DNA from: Gammaproteobacteria bacterium
GTDB taxonomy: Bacteria; Pseudomonadota; Gammaproteobacteria; UBA4575
Length of the DNA: 64,000 nt
Assembly (NCBI GenBank): GCA_965243395.1
Contig: CBDEUS010000002.1
Location: forward strand, 1,024,001-1,088,000
Reading direction: 5' to 3'
Shown here: positions 28,662 through 41,546 of the stretch, one piece after another
Numbering within the stretch: the stretch's first letter is position 1
Layout of the letters: the number at the start of each line of letters is the position of its first letter
Made by a program: the position numbers and the translations under genes
Notes under the pieces: model-generated
What the model was told of the DNA's origin: nothing
What the model saw: only the letters and a program-made list of their open reading frames with translations
Databases searched by the model: none

Positions 28662-29948
28662 TTGTTTGAGCGTCCAGACATTGGCCAGCGTGCCATTCTT
28701 GTGCACGTAAAATTTAATGGATCAGCAAACAACCAAGACTTGGGTGAGTTCAAGGATCTTGTTCGTTCTACTGGGGCAGAAATTGCCACAATAGTTACTG
28801 TGCAACGTAGCTCACCTGATGCAAAACTATTGATCGGCAGTGGCAAGGTTGAAGAAATTGGCAAACTTGCTTATTCGCTTGATGCGGATATTGTAATTTT
28901 TAATTATGAATTATCTCCTAGCCAAGAACGTAACTTAGAAAAAATTTGTCATAAACGAGTGCTTGACCGTACAGGATTGATCTTAGATATCTTTGCGCAA
29001 CGTGCGAGATCCTATGAAGGTAAGTTGCAAGTTGAGCTTGCACAACTAAAATATTTATCAACACGTTTGGTTCGAGGCTGGAGTCACTTGGAACGCCAGA
29101 AGGGTGGTATTGGATTACGTGGTCCAGGCGAAAAGCAATTAGAATCAGATAGACGCTTGTTACGTGCGCGTATCAAACAAATATCAAAACGTTTAGATAA
29201 GTTACGACAACAGCGTGATCAAAGCAGGGCTGCTCGCAGGAAAACAACGACTCCAACCGTTGCAATGGTAGGGTACACTAACGCGGGGAAGTCGACCTTG
29301 TTTAACCGAATGACAGAATCTACGGTTTATTCTGCAGATAAATTATTTGCAACGTTAGATCCAACATTACGGCGTATGCAAATTTCTAAAAGCCAGCATA
29401 TTGTGTTGGCAGATACGGTAGGATTTATTCAAGATTTACCACATGACTTGATCGAAGCGTTTCATGCAACCTTGCAAGAAACTCAAGAGGCTGATGTGCT
29501 TTTGCATATCGTTGATGCAAGTGACCCAAACCGTGATAATAATATTGAGCAAGTGCAGGCAGTGTTGAAACAGATCAACGCATTAGATGTACCACAAATA
29601 ATGGTATTCAATAAAATTGATCAAATTGATATGTTGCCGAATGTAGATTTGGATGAACATGGCCGGATTCGGCATGTATGGATGTCTGCCATAAGCGGTG
29701 AAGGTGAGGAGCTTTTAAATCAAGCGCTCAGACAATATTTCGAACATAAAGTAGAGCGTGTTTGGTTGCATATGCCCCCAACGGAAGGAGGATTACGCAG
29801 CGAACTGTATGGCCGTGGCGTAGTCTTACAAGAGTCAGTTGATGATAAAGGCTATTGGTTGATGGAAGCAGAAATTCCTTTAAATATACTTAAAAAGTTT
29901 GCGGAATTTAAAATTCCTGAAGAAACTGTACAACAAGCTAGTATATAA
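28662..29948 (+). CDS. hflX: Ribosome rescue GTPase HflX
   Basis: GPGEKQLESDRR, GYTNAGKST, DTVG, NKID; TTG start with AGGA RBS. Confidence 0.97.
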   Translation: MFERPDIGQRAILVHVKFNGSANNQDLGEFKDLVRSTGAEIATIVTVQRSSPDAKLLIGSGKVEEIGKLAYSLDADIVIFNYELSPSQERNLEKICHKRVLDRTGLILDIFAQRARSYEGKLQVELAQLKYLSTRLVRGWSHLERQKGGIGLRGPGEKQLESDRRLLRARIKQISKRLDKLRQQRDQSRAARRKTTTPTVAMVGYTNAGKSTLFNRMTESTVYSADKLFATLDPTLRRMQISKSQHIVLADTVGFIQDLPHDLIEAFHATLQETQEADVLLHIVDASDPNRDNNIEQVQAVLKQINALDVPQIMVFNKIDQIDMLPNVDLDEHGRIRHVWMSAISGEGEELLNQALRQYFEHKVERVWLHMPPTEGGLRSELYGRGVVLQESVDDKGYWLMEAEIPLNILKKFAEFKIPEETVQQASI

Positions 29949-30029
29949 GCTGACTTTTTCTATTGTCTTGATAGAATGTGACCTTCGTGTCGAATAAAAA
30001 TTAACCCGTAACTATTTCTGGAGAACAAT

Positions 30030-31175
30030 ATGCCTTGGAACAGCCCAGGCGATGACAATAAAGACAAAGATCCATGGGGTCAGAATTCTGGTAATCAAGG
30101 TCCTCCTGACCTTGATGATGTTTTTCGTAACCTAAGCAAAAAATTTGGCGGAATTTTTGGTGGTGGATCGTCATCTGGTGGTTCTGGATCAGACGGTAAA
30201 CCAATTTTGCTGTTCATACTTGTTGCTGCAATTGCGTTATGGGGTTTATACGACAAGTTTGGCTTTTATGTAGTTAAGCAAGCGGAAAGGGGTGTGGAGT
30301 TACGCTTTGGAGAGTTTCAGGAAATTACCAGCGCGGGTTTGAATTGGCATCTGCCTTTCCCAATAGAAACTGTTGAAATAGTAAACGTTGATGAAGTTCG
30401 TGAAGTATCAAATCGAACTTCTATGCTGACTCAAGATGAAAATATTGTAGAAGTTTCTTTAGAGGCTCAATATAAAATTGGTGATGCTAAAGACTATGTT
30501 TTTAATGTTCGTGATCCTGATCAGACCGTCAAAGATGCTATGGAGAGTGCATTACGCGAGATTGTCGGAAAAAGTAATATTGACTTTGTATTGTTTGAAG
30601 GACGCGCACAAATTTCTAGCGTTACAAGAGAATTACTACAAGAAATACTAGATAGCTATACATCTGGAATTTTTATTCAAAAAGTAAACTTAGAAAGATC
30701 GGTTCCGCCTGACGAAGTTAAAGCAGCGTTTGATGATGCGATTAAGTCTCGTGAAGATTACAATCGCTTTATCAAAGAAGCTGAAGCTTATGCGAACAGC
30801 ATACTTCCTCAAGCTCGTGGTGAAGCTGCAAGGTTGCTGCAAGAAGCGGACGCTTACAGAGATCGTGTTATTGCAAACTCTGAAGGTGAGGCAAAAAGAT
30901 TTTTAAAACTTCTAGCGGAATATGAAAAGGCACCTGACGTCACTCGTGAACGTTTATATTTAGAATCACTTGAATCTGTATACATGAACAGCAATAAAGT
31001 GTTAATGGATGTTGAGGGAGGAAATAACTTTTTATATCTACCTCTTGACCAAATAATAAAACAACGTGCTTTGACAAGTCCTCTTAGTTCTTCAAATGAC
31101 TCGTTTACCAGCGATAACTTTGGTTTAAGTAATCAACCATCAAATCCTGACAATACTGGAAGACAAGGACGTTAA
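30030..31175 (+). CDS. hflK: FtsH modulator HflK
   Basis: MPWN..G, GPPDLD, SPFH domain, APDVTRERLYLE. Confidence 0.96.
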   Translation: MPWNSPGDDNKDKDPWGQNSGNQGPPDLDDVFRNLSKKFGGIFGGGSSSGGSGSDGKPILLFILVAAIALWGLYDKFGFYVVKQAERGVELRFGEFQEITSAGLNWHLPFPIETVEIVNVDEVREVSNRTSMLTQDENIVEVSLEAQYKIGDAKDYVFNVRDPDQTVKDAMESALREIVGKSNIDFVLFEGRAQISSVTRELLQEILDSYTSGIFIQKVNLERSVPPDEVKAAFDDAIKSREDYNRFIKEAEAYANSILPQARGEAARLLQEADAYRDRVIANSEGEAKRFLKLLAEYEKAPDVTRERLYLESLESVYMNSNKVLMDVEGGNNFLYLPLDQIIKQRALTSPLSSSNDSFTSDNFGLSNQPSNPDNTGRQGR

Positions 31176-31177
31176 TT

Positions 31178-32044
31178 ATGAATAGTAAAGTAGTAATTGC
31201 CATTATCGCACTCCTAATTGTTGGTTTTTTTAGTTTTACCTTTCAAGTAGATCAGCGTGAAACTGGAATAAAATTAAAGTTTGGTAAAGTTGACAAAGCT
31301 AATCTAAAGCCAGGCTTACATTTTAAAATTCCGATTATGAATACAATCGAAAAATATGATAATCGAATTCTGACTTTGGATGCGCCACCCACTGAATTCC
31401 CAACAAATGAGAAAAAATATGTAATTGTTGATTTTTTTGTCAAGTGGCGAATTGATGATGTTGAAAAATATTATTTGGCAACAGGTGGCCAAGAATCCAG
31501 GGCCAATCAGCGTTTAGAGTTAATTTTAGTAGATGGTTTGAAAAATGAGTTTGGAACACGCACGATTCAAGAAGTTGTCTCAGGTGAACGTGCAGAAATT
31601 ATGGATGTGATACAAGTTCAGTCAAATCGAGAAGCAAAGAATTTTGGGATTAAAGTAGTAGATGTTCGTGTCAGTAAAATTGATCTTCCTGAAACGGTTA
31701 GTGACTCAGTGTTTAAGAATATGCGTGCTGAGCGTGATCGAGTAGCGAAAGATTTTCGTGCTCGTGGTCGGGAGCAAGCTGAAGTCATCAGAGCCACAGC
31801 AGACAAAGAACGTACTGTCATTTTGGCAAATGCTTATAAAGAAGCAGAGCAAGTACGTGGTGAAGGTGATGCGCAGTCAGCAAAAATCTATGCTGATGCA
31901 TTTACTAAAAATGAAGAGTTTTACAGTTTTACAAGAAGTTTAAAAGCCTATACGAACACGTTTCATCAAAATAGTAATAATGTGTTAATTCTAGAACCAG
32001 ATTCTGAATTTTATCGATACTTTAATAAATCTGAGCAAAATTAA
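31178..32044 (+). CDS. hflC: FtsH modulator HflC
   Basis: PGLHFKIP, MRAER.RVA, EFYSFTRSL. Confidence 0.96.
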   Translation: MNSKVVIAIIALLIVGFFSFTFQVDQRETGIKLKFGKVDKANLKPGLHFKIPIMNTIEKYDNRILTLDAPPTEFPTNEKKYVIVDFFVKWRIDDVEKYYLATGGQESRANQRLELILVDGLKNEFGTRTIQEVVSGERAEIMDVIQVQSNREAKNFGIKVVDVRVSKIDLPETVSDSVFKNMRAERDRVAKDFRARGREQAEVIRATADKERTVILANAYKEAEQVRGEGDAQSAKIYADAFTKNEEFYSFTRSLKAYTNTFHQNSNNVLILEPDSEFYRYFNKSEQN

Positions 32045-32081
32045 ACTGTCTAGTCTAGTTTCCTATTTTTAGCCTGAATTT

Positions 32082-32276
32082 ATGTGGAATGAAATACTGG
32101 TTGCGATAGCGCTGGTTTTAGTTGTTGAGGGAATCATACCTTTTTTAGCGCCAGAAAAATTTCGTCAAGCACTTGCGCAACTTGTGCAAATGCCAGATCA
32201 AGTGCTTCGCATGATAGGTTTGGCAAGCATGACATTAGGAATCATCTTCCTGTATATCTTAAGATTAGTTAATTAA
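32082..32276 (+). CDS. DUF2065 (YjeT-like) small membrane protein
   Basis: ALVLVVEGIIPFLAP, LRMIGL; conserved position after hflC. Confidence 0.9.
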   Translation: MWNEILVAIALVLVVEGIIPFLAPEKFRQALAQLVQMPDQVLRMIGLASMTLGIIFLYILRLVN

Positions 32277-32278
32277 TT

Positions 32279-33460
32279 ATGAGTCAAGATCGCTGGTTAC
32301 TGCCGGAAGGAATTGAAGAGTCATTGCCGGATGAATCTGCCTGGCTTGAAAGATATCGACGTGAACTCGTTGACATGTTTTCAACCTGGGGCTACGAACT
32401 GGTAATGCCTCCGTTAATTGAATATTTAGATTCGTTATTAATTGGTCCTAGTGATGATCTTGATCTACAAACATTCAAGTTAACGGATCAATTAACTGGG
32501 AAAATGATGGGAGTTCGTGCGGATATGACTTCGCAAGTGGCTCGGATAGATGCGCATATGTTAAAACGTGATGCTCCAACACGTTTCTGCTATATGGGGA
32601 CTGTGTTACATGCTCGTCCAGGTGGGCGTGATTTAACACGTAGCCCTTTGCAAGTTGGTGCAGAACTATATGGTCATAGTGGATTGGATAGTGATCTAGA
32701 AGTTATTTGTTTAATGCTTGAAGCATTAAACTTAGTGGGTATCGAGAATATTCTGCTTGATTTGGGACATGTTGGTATTTTTACTAAATTAGTTGAACAG
32801 GCTGGTTTAAGTGATGCACAACAAAAGCAACTCCAAACCCTTTTACAGCAGAAAGCATTTCCTGAATATGAACAGTTTATTTCAAACTGTTCTTTAGATG
32901 ATAATTGTCACAATGTATTTTCTTCTTTGATAGAGTTAAGTGGTGGCGCAGAAGTTATTGTGACGACTAAAGAGCTTTTAAAAGATACTGGTTCTGAAAT
33001 TATTAAGCATATCGAATATATAGAAGAGCTTGCGTTACGTGTTTTGGATCGTTATCCAAATATTCAATTACATTATGATTTTTCTGCATTAAGTGGATAC
33101 CACTATCAAAATGGCGCAGTTTTTGCGGCATATATTTCAGGACAAGGCGGAGAAATAGCGCGTGGTGGTCGTTACGATATGATTGGTGAAGTATTCGGGC
33201 GTTCAAGACCTGCCACTGGTTTTAGTATGGATCTTAAAGCCTTGGCAAAAATTTCGCCTAAACCTAATCAAGTTGTAAAAGGTATATATGCGCCAGGTGA
33301 CAGCGACCCAAAATTGCAAGTAAAAATTAAAGAATTACGTGCACAGGGTGAACGAGTGATATGTGAATTGTCTGGTCAGCAAGGTAAAGCCCAAGAGTTT
33401 GCTTGTAACCGTATCTTAGTAAAAGAAAACCAAGAGTGGATTATCAAAGAAATCCAATAA
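32279..33460 (+). CDS. hisZ: ATP phosphoribosyltransferase regulatory subunit
   Basis: WLLPEGIEE, RADMTSQVARID, QVGAELYG, GGRYD, PATGFS; precedes purA. Confidence 0.95.
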   Translation: MSQDRWLLPEGIEESLPDESAWLERYRRELVDMFSTWGYELVMPPLIEYLDSLLIGPSDDLDLQTFKLTDQLTGKMMGVRADMTSQVARIDAHMLKRDAPTRFCYMGTVLHARPGGRDLTRSPLQVGAELYGHSGLDSDLEVICLMLEALNLVGIENILLDLGHVGIFTKLVEQAGLSDAQQKQLQTLLQQKAFPEYEQFISNCSLDDNCHNVFSSLIELSGGAEVIVTTKELLKDTGSEIIKHIEYIEELALRVLDRYPNIQLHYDFSALSGYHYQNGAVFAAYISGQGGEIARGGRYDMIGEVFGRSRPATGFSMDLKALAKISPKPNQVVKGIYAPGDSDPKLQVKIKELRAQGERVICELSGQQGKAQEFACNRILVKENQEWIIKEIQ

Positions 33461-33473
33461 AATAAAAAAATAG

Positions 33474-35289
<1,816 letters not shown>

Positions 35290-35291
<2 letters not shown>

Positions 35292-36279
35292 GAGCCTTGA
35301 AAATAAAACTTTTTTAGTCGTTGGTGGAGCGGGTTATATAGGTTCACATATGACTTTAATGCTTCACGAATTAGGTTATCAAGTGCTTGTGTTAGATAAC
35401 CTATCAACTGGTTTTGAAGAAGCTGTGATAGGTGCTGAGCTCATTCGTGGGGATATTCATGATTCTAAAATTCTTAGTCAAATCTTTAAGCAAAATAATG
35501 TTGATGTAGTAATGCATTTCGCCGCATGTATCGACGTTCGCGAGTCTGTTCGTGACCCATTTAAATACTACCGAAACAATGTAGTAGGTACTCAATCGTT
35601 ACTAGAGCAGATGGTAGCCAACAATGTGAAAAATTTTATTTTTTCATCTACAGCAGCAATATTTGGTAAGCCTGAATACGTACCTATCGACGAGGAACAT
35701 AATAAAAATCCTGTTAACCCATATGGGCACAGTAAATTGATGGTCGAGCAGATGCTTGATAAATACGACCAAGCATATGGAATAAAATCAGTTTGTTTGC
35801 GTTACTTTAATGCAGCAGGTGCAGATCCAAAGACTCGATTAGGTGAGTGTCATGATCCGGAAACACATCTCATTCCATTGGTATTGCAAGTGGCATCAGG
35901 TCGTCGCAAGAGTATCAGTATATTTGGAAATAATTACGACACGGTTGATGGCACATGCGTACGTGACTATATCCATGTTGTTGATTTATGCAATGCACAT
36001 TTATTAGCAACCGAGTTCTTATTGACACAACAACACAGCCAACAATTCAATTTAGGTAACGGTAATGGTTATTCAGTTCAGCAAATCATTAATGCAATTG
36101 AACAAATATCCAACCAGCCTATTAATATAGTTCATGCTGATCGAAGAGCAGGAGATCCTCCAATATTACTTGCGGATTCTTCATTGGCAAATAAAGTATT
36201 GAATTGGGTACCAGAATTTTCCGATATTGAACAAATAATTAAACATGCCTGGAAATGGGAAAAGCAGCGATCCCAATAA
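35290..36279 (+). CDS. galE: UDP-glucose 4-epimerase
   Basis: GGAGYIGSH, FSSTAA, PYGHSK, LRYFNAAGA, DGTCVRDYIHV. Confidence 0.95.
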
Positions 36280-36507
36280 TTCATCAAAATCTGCATTAGA
36301 TAATCAGATTTTCTTATTACTAACAAATGCTTAGCTAATTTTTGTTATTTTAACAAGGCCTTTTTTGCCTAGTTTTCATGTCTTGCTTGTGAACCTTTTT
36401 ATCATTGGTTTAGTCCAACACGAGTAAATATGCTTTCTGCGTGTAAACCAAATTTCAGGTGGCACGTTGTAAAAATATGAACAACTCAAAAACTAAAGAG
36501 GTTACCC

Positions 36508-36981
36508 ATGTATAAGCATTTCGTGTTTTCAATGGTTTTAATAATGAGCCTATTTTTAACGGCTTGTGCAACAAATCCTTATAGTGCTCCGAGTAAACAA
36601 ACTCAAGGAGCAGTTGCTGGAGGTGTGATAGGTGGTCTTTTGGGCTCTACAGTGGGAGATGGCAGAGGTACAGTTTGGGCTGCTGCTGCGGGTACATTAA
36701 TTGGTGCTTTGGCAGGTGCACATGTAGGTCGTCAGTTGGATGAATTGGATCGCTACCACGCAGGTAGAACATTAGAAACTGCCCCTACAGGTGCTACTAA
36801 GGAATGGGTAAATCCTGACTCAGGAACAGCTTATTCGGTTACGCCAACACGAACTTATGATTCCGGACATGGAACGCCGTGTCGAGAGTTCACAATGGAT
36901 GCAGATATCGGTGGTCAAACGGAGCAAGTATACGGAACCGCTTGTAGACAAGCAGATGGTAGTTGGAAAATGTCTGCTTAA
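36508..36981 (+). CDS. 17-kDa surface-antigen-type (glycine-zipper) lipoprotein
   Basis: Lipobox LTAC, glycine zipper, WVNPDSG, CREF, GTACRQADGSW. Confidence 0.88.
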   Translation: MYKHFVFSMVLIMSLFLTACATNPYSAPSKQTQGAVAGGVIGGLLGSTVGDGRGTVWAAAAGTLIGALAGAHVGRQLDELDRYHAGRTLETAPTGATKEWVNPDSGTAYSVTPTRTYDSGHGTPCREFTMDADIGGQTEQVYGTACRQADGSWKMSA

Positions 36982-36992
36982 ATATACGCTAA

Positions 36993-37029
36993 ATTAAAAA
37001 GCCCTGTATGCACATACGGGGCTTTTAAT
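36993..37029. terminator. Bidirectional intrinsic terminator
   Basis: ATTAAAAAGCCCTGTATG-CA-CATACGGGGCTTTTAAT between convergent genes. Confidence 0.85.
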
Positions 37030-37054
37030 ACAGGGGTGTTAATGTCGCTAAACT

Positions 37055-37618
37055 CTATCTACGAGATGTAATCGTATCTTGTTTCATATTTTGAGCAAGC
37101 CATGCTTTGATGGGCCAGGGAAAATTATTTTCTGATTTTGAAATATCTTCCCATCCTTGCTCTACAAAACGTTTATAAGCATCCGCACCATAAATATTTT
37201 GCACATGAGTGGGTTTGCTTTCACTTGCAGAGTCACCCTTTATTTCTTCGTCCCTAAATGCATAAAGAATGGGTTCTGCATCATGCTGTTCGTTTGTTTG
37301 TAATATGGTGATATACGCGCATTCTACATTTTTACGATATAGTACTTGGTAATTAATAATTTCTAGACTTTCGAAAACAGGTTTTTCTTCAGTAATTTCT
37401 TCTGAATCATCTTGCTGAAACTGTTTAAAGACTTCGTCAAATTCATGGTCACCGATATCTGCAGTAGAAATTTCTAAACCTTCCGTTCTGCGACGATCAC
37501 CAAATGTTCGACGTTCATTTTCTACTTGTTCGCCATGGTCATCTTTTAGTGGGAACGATTTCTCTTCATTATTTCTTCTACGGTCGTCACCAGATCTGCG
37601 ATCGTATACAACTTTCAT
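37055..37618 (-). CDS. Hypothetical protein with N-terminal paired DRR/ERR module
   Basis: DRRSGDDRRRNNEEKSFPLKDDHGEQVENERRTFGDRR aligns with the N-termini of the two FHA proteins; AAGGGA RBS. Confidence 0.8.
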   Translation of the reverse strand: MKVVYDRRSGDDRRRNNEEKSFPLKDDHGEQVENERRTFGDRRRTEGLEISTADIGDHEFDEVFKQFQQDDSEEITEEKPVFESLEIINYQVLYRKNVECAYITILQTNEQHDAEPILYAFRDEEIKGDSASESKPTHVQNIYGADAYKRFVEQGWEDISKSENNFPWPIKAWLAQNMKQDTITSRR

Positions 37619-37904
37619 ATATTTAATCCCTTAAAGTAATTACCATAATGAGTATGCGTAAAATTGTTTAAGACCATACCAGCCATAGAATCTATAAATG
37701 CGAAGTAGGTCACATTGGGTCTTCCATTCGGTGGGCAATTTTTGCCTTTAGGGACAATATATACTAACTGGATTTTCCTCATTAGATGTTCATGCAAAAG
37801 CCTAAGTTTTTCCTAAAAAGGTAATTTCTCACTTTAGATTTCAGATATTTATCAATGATTCAAAATTTCCAGTTTTGCAGAGGAGATAGTAGAGTGCACT
37901 AGAT

Positions 37905-40166
37905 ATGGCACGTAAAAAGAAAAAAAAGTTAATCGACCCTTACGCAAAACGCGAGGCTTCTAAATACGAACAACCGATTGCCAGTCGGGAGTTGGTTTTG
38001 CAAATTCTTGAACAAAGCGATGGCCCACTGTCGCTTAGTGCGTTGCATGAGGTGCTAGAAATAAATTCAGAAGAAGTGATAGATGCACTTGCACGACGTT
38101 TAGCCGCTATGGAGCGGGATGGCCAGCTTATCCGCAATCGCCAAAATCATTATTTACCGATTTCAAAAGTTGATCTGGTTCGTGGGCGTGTGATGGGACA
38201 CCCTGATGGGTTTGGGTTTTTAATTCCAGATGAGGGTGGTGAGGATTTATTTTTACCTCCATATGAAATGCGAACATTAATGCATGGTGATCGTGCAGTA
38301 GTCCGTCCTGCAGGTAAATCTAAACGCGGTAAGTTACAGGGCAAATTAGTAGAAATCATTGAGCGTAATAATAAACAGATCGTTGGTCGCTACTATAAAG
38401 AATCTGGTATAGGTTTTGTTGTGCCAGATAATAAACGTCTCAGTCAAGACGTTATGATACCTGCCAAAAATACAATGCATGCTACAAACGGACAATTTGT
38501 TGTGGCATCTATCCTTGAGCAACCAAATAAATTTCGTCAACCGATAGGGAAAGTGATAGAAGTTATTGGCGATCATCTTGCGCCAGGGATGGAAATCGAC
38601 GTTGCCATCCGCTCTTATGATTTACCTTATAAATGGACTGACGAGACCCTTCAACAAGTCGAACAATTTAGTCAAGATGATATACAGCAACAGCTTAAAC
38701 ATCGCAAAGATTTGCGCGAATTTCATTTTGTTACCATTGATGGTAGTGATGCTAAAGATTTCGATGACGCAGTCTATTGTGAACCTCGTGATAATGGTTG
38801 GCGGTTATGGGTTGCTATAGCGGATGTGTCATATTATGTAGAACCCGATACGGCTCTTGACCTAGAAGCACGCAACCGAGGCACTTCTGTGTATTTCCCT
38901 GAGCGTGTCATCCCTATGTTACCGGAAGCTCTTTCTAATGAGCTATGTTCGTTAAAGCCTGAAGTTGATCGTCTTTGCATGGTTTGTGAGATGTTCATAA
39001 ATCAAAGTGGCGAACTAAAAAGTTATAAATTTTATGATGCGGTAATGCGATCATCGGCGAGACTGACATACGATGAAGTGCAAAGAATATTATATGAAAA
39101 AGATAAAGAAGTCAGAGAGCTAAATGAACATTTATTAAAGGACTTAGAGAATTTGCAAGGTGTTTATAATTGTTTACGTAAACAACGCAAAAAACGTGGC
39201 GCAATTGATTTTGATACTAAAGAAACATTATTTGAATTTGATAAAGACAAAAAGATAAAAGCCATTCTGCCTCGTGAACGGTTTCAGGCGCACATGATTA
39301 TTGAAGAATGCATGATAGTTGCCAATGTTGCTGCTGCAAAATTTATTACGCGTAAAAAACTACCTACATTATTCCGTGTGCATGAAGAACCCACAGCTGA
39401 AAAATTACGCGATATGCGTGAATTTCTTGAATCATTAGGTGTTGGATTTAGTAAAGCTAAAAAACCACAGCCTAGTGATTACATGGCAGTGATGAAAAAG
39501 GTTAGTCATCGTAAAGATAAGCACATCATTGAGATGATGTTGTTAAGGTCTATGGCACAGGCCGTTTATAGTCCTGATAGCATTGGTCATTTTGGTTTAG
39601 CGCTTTCGTTGTATGCACATTTCACTTCTCCTATTCGTCGCTATCCTGATTTAGTGGTGCATCGAACAATTCGTCATTTGCTTGCTGGTGAAAATAAGAC
39701 TTCTTTCCCTCTTTCGCAAAATGATTTGGTATTGCTTGGCGAGCATTGCTCTATGTGTGAACGACGTGCAGATGATGCAACGCGTGATGTGGATGCCTGG
39801 TTAAAGTGTGAATTTATGTTGGATAAGATAGGAAAGGAATTTGATGGGATAATCACATCGGTGACTGCATTTGGTTTTTTTGTGATGTTGAATAATTATT
39901 TTGTTGAAGGATTAGTGCATGTCACTACATTGAAAAGTGATTATTATCATTTTGATGAGCAATCACACTGTTTGTTTGGCGAGCGCAGTAAGACTCGTTA
40001 TGCTTTGGGTGATGAAGTAAAAATAATAGTTGCAAGAGTGAGCTTAGATGAACGCAAAATGGATTTTTCGTTATCTAGAGGTGACGATAAAAATTCAAAG
40101 CACTTAAAACGTTCAAAGCAATACAAGCCAAAAACCTCAAAGAAGAAAAGAAAAAATATTAAATAA
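37905..40166 (+). CDS. rnr: Ribonuclease R
   Basis: GHPDGFGF, TIDGSDAKDFDDA, HFTSPIRRYPD, S1 domain, basic tail. Confidence 0.97.
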   Translation: MARKKKKKLIDPYAKREASKYEQPIASRELVLQILEQSDGPLSLSALHEVLEINSEEVIDALARRLAAMERDGQLIRNRQNHYLPISKVDLVRGRVMGHPDGFGFLIPDEGGEDLFLPPYEMRTLMHGDRAVVRPAGKSKRGKLQGKLVEIIERNNKQIVGRYYKESGIGFVVPDNKRLSQDVMIPAKNTMHATNGQFVVASILEQPNKFRQPIGKVIEVIGDHLAPGMEIDVAIRSYDLPYKWTDETLQQVEQFSQDDIQQQLKHRKDLREFHFVTIDGSDAKDFDDAVYCEPRDNGWRLWVAIADVSYYVEPDTALDLEARNRGTSVYFPERVIPMLPEALSNELCSLKPEVDRLCMVCEMFINQSGELKSYKFYDAVMRSSARLTYDEVQRILYEKDKEVRELNEHLLKDLENLQGVYNCLRKQRKKRGAIDFDTKETLFEFDKDKKIKAILPRERFQAHMIIEECMIVANVAAAKFITRKKLPTLFRVHEEPTAEKLRDMREFLESLGVGFSKAKKPQPSDYMAVMKKVSHRKDKHIIEMMLLRSMAQAVYSPDSIGHFGLALSLYAHFTSPIRRYPDLVVHRTIRHLLAGENKTSFPLSQNDLVLLGEHCSMCERRADDATRDVDAWLKCEFMLDKIGKEFDGIITSVTAFGFFVMLNNYFVEGLVHVTTLKSDYYHFDEQSHCLFGERSKTRYALGDEVKIIVARVSLDERKMDFSLSRGDDKNSKHLKRSKQYKPKTSKKKRKNIK

Positions 40167-40915
40167 TGAAAAATATATCTTTTGGGTTTTATAGCTCTTT
40201 AGCAGCGGTTCAACATCGCCCTTTCCATATTAAAGAAGTGTATTTATTGGATAGTAGAAAAGATAAACGTCTTCAAGAACTCAAACATGAAATTATTTCG
40301 AATGATATTGCCTATCGTTTAGCAAATAAAAATGAACTCGAACAACTGTGCGGGGTAAAGAATCATCAAGGTGCTGTGGTGGTTTACAAACAGCAACAAT
40401 CATATAGTGAATCAGCATTGTTAGAATATTGTGCATCAGCTACAGAGCCATTATTGCTTTTGGTGCTGGATCAAATAGTTGATCCACATAATCTTGGAGC
40501 ATGTATGCGTACCGCTGAAGCTGCAGGGGTGAGTGCAGTCATCAGTTCGACGCGAAATTCTGCACCGCTTACACCAACAGTGCGTAAGGTTGCTTGTGGG
40601 GCTGCTGAGCGTATACCGCTAATATTTGTTAAAAATCTCGCGCGATTCATGGATGAGCTTAAACAATTTGGAATCTGGGTATACGGCACACAACCAGAGG
40701 CGAGCAAATTGCTCTATGAGGCTGATTTTTGTCGTTCTGTAGCATTGGTAATTGGTGCAGAAGGTAAAGGTATGCGCCGTCTAGTGAGCGAAAAATGTGA
40801 TGAGCTCTTGCGCATGCCGATGTCGGGAGAAATGGCGAGCTTAAATGCTTCCGTTGCGGCAGGTGTTGGCTTATTTGAGGCCGTACGACAACGATCAGGC
40901 AGCGCTATCCTCTAA
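40166..40915 (+). CDS. rlmB: 23S rRNA Gm2251 methyltransferase
   Basis: HQG, DPHNLGACMR, GAEGKGMR, SLNASVA; follows rnr. Confidence 0.95.
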   Translation: MKNISFGFYSSLAAVQHRPFHIKEVYLLDSRKDKRLQELKHEIISNDIAYRLANKNELEQLCGVKNHQGAVVVYKQQQSYSESALLEYCASATEPLLLLVLDQIVDPHNLGACMRTAEAAGVSAVISSTRNSAPLTPTVRKVACGAAERIPLIFVKNLARFMDELKQFGIWVYGTQPEASKLLYEADFCRSVALVIGAEGKGMRRLVSEKCDELLRMPMSGEMASLNASVAAGVGLFEAVRQRSGSAIL

Positions 40916-41000
40916 TGTCCATTCATATTCCAAGGATAAAGTTGCCTTAGCTTGCTTGCGCCTAAGTCATCACGTAGACTTCGCGGCTCAAAATTTGTAA

Positions 41001-41055
41001 CTCCTTGCTTCACTGGGGCGCAATTGTCACCAGGAGGCTTTAACCCATAGGGAGC
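41001..41055 (+). promoter_or_regulatory. Probable S6:S18 autoregulatory rpsF leader
   Basis: 5' CTCCTT can pair with the SD-containing AGGGAG; inner hairpin; AACCCA (CCR) just before the SD, matching the S6:S18 leader architecture as I recall it. Confidence 0.65.
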
Positions 41056-41061
41056 ATATAT

Positions 41062-41520
41062 ATGCGTCACTACGAAATAGTGTTTCTGGTGCATCCGGAT
41101 CAGAGTGATCAAGTACCAGCAATGATTGAGCGTTATCGTTCAATTATAGATCAAGGTAAAGGTAAGGTTCATCGTCTCGAAGATTGGGGACGTCTGCAAT
41201 TAGCCTATCCAATTCAAAAAATTCATAAAGCACATTATGTGTTAATGAATATCGAGTGTAATCAAGAAGTATTAGATGAATTAACGAGCTCGTTTCGTTT
41301 TAACGATGCAGTTATTCGTAACATGGTAATTTCAGCGAAAAGGGCTGAAACGGAGAAATCTGCTATGTTAAAGATGATCGAGCAAGAAGATGCTGATAGT
41401 GGAAAAAAAGCAACAACTCAATCTTATTCTGAAAATGAATCGAGCACAGATGAAGAAAGTTTTGCACCTGCCTCAGATGATCAGACTGCTGAAGCAGTTA
41501 CCGAATCACCCGAAAGCTAA
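41062..41520 (+). CDS. rpsF: 30S ribosomal protein S6 with long acidic tail
   Basis: [34 protein letters not shown]. Confidence 0.98.
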   Translation: MRHYEIVFLVHPDQSDQVPAMIERYRSIIDQGKGKVHRLEDWGRLQLAYPIQKIHKAHYVLMNIECNQEVLDELTSSFRFNDAVIRNMVISAKRAETEKSAMLKMIEQEDADSGKKATTQSYSENESSTDEESFAPASDDQTAEAVTESPES

Positions 41521-41546
41521 ATAAATAATATTAAAGGAAGAGTATC

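Noticed and set aside
37660-37760. Possible c-di-GMP-I riboswitch upstream of the DRR gene (minus strand has AAAGGCAAA...GACCCAA...TATGGCTG)
   Set aside because: No GNRA-capped P2 stem, no GACGCAAAGC or CTAA receptor, and no convincing P1 pairing; an Rfam scan would be needed to revive it.
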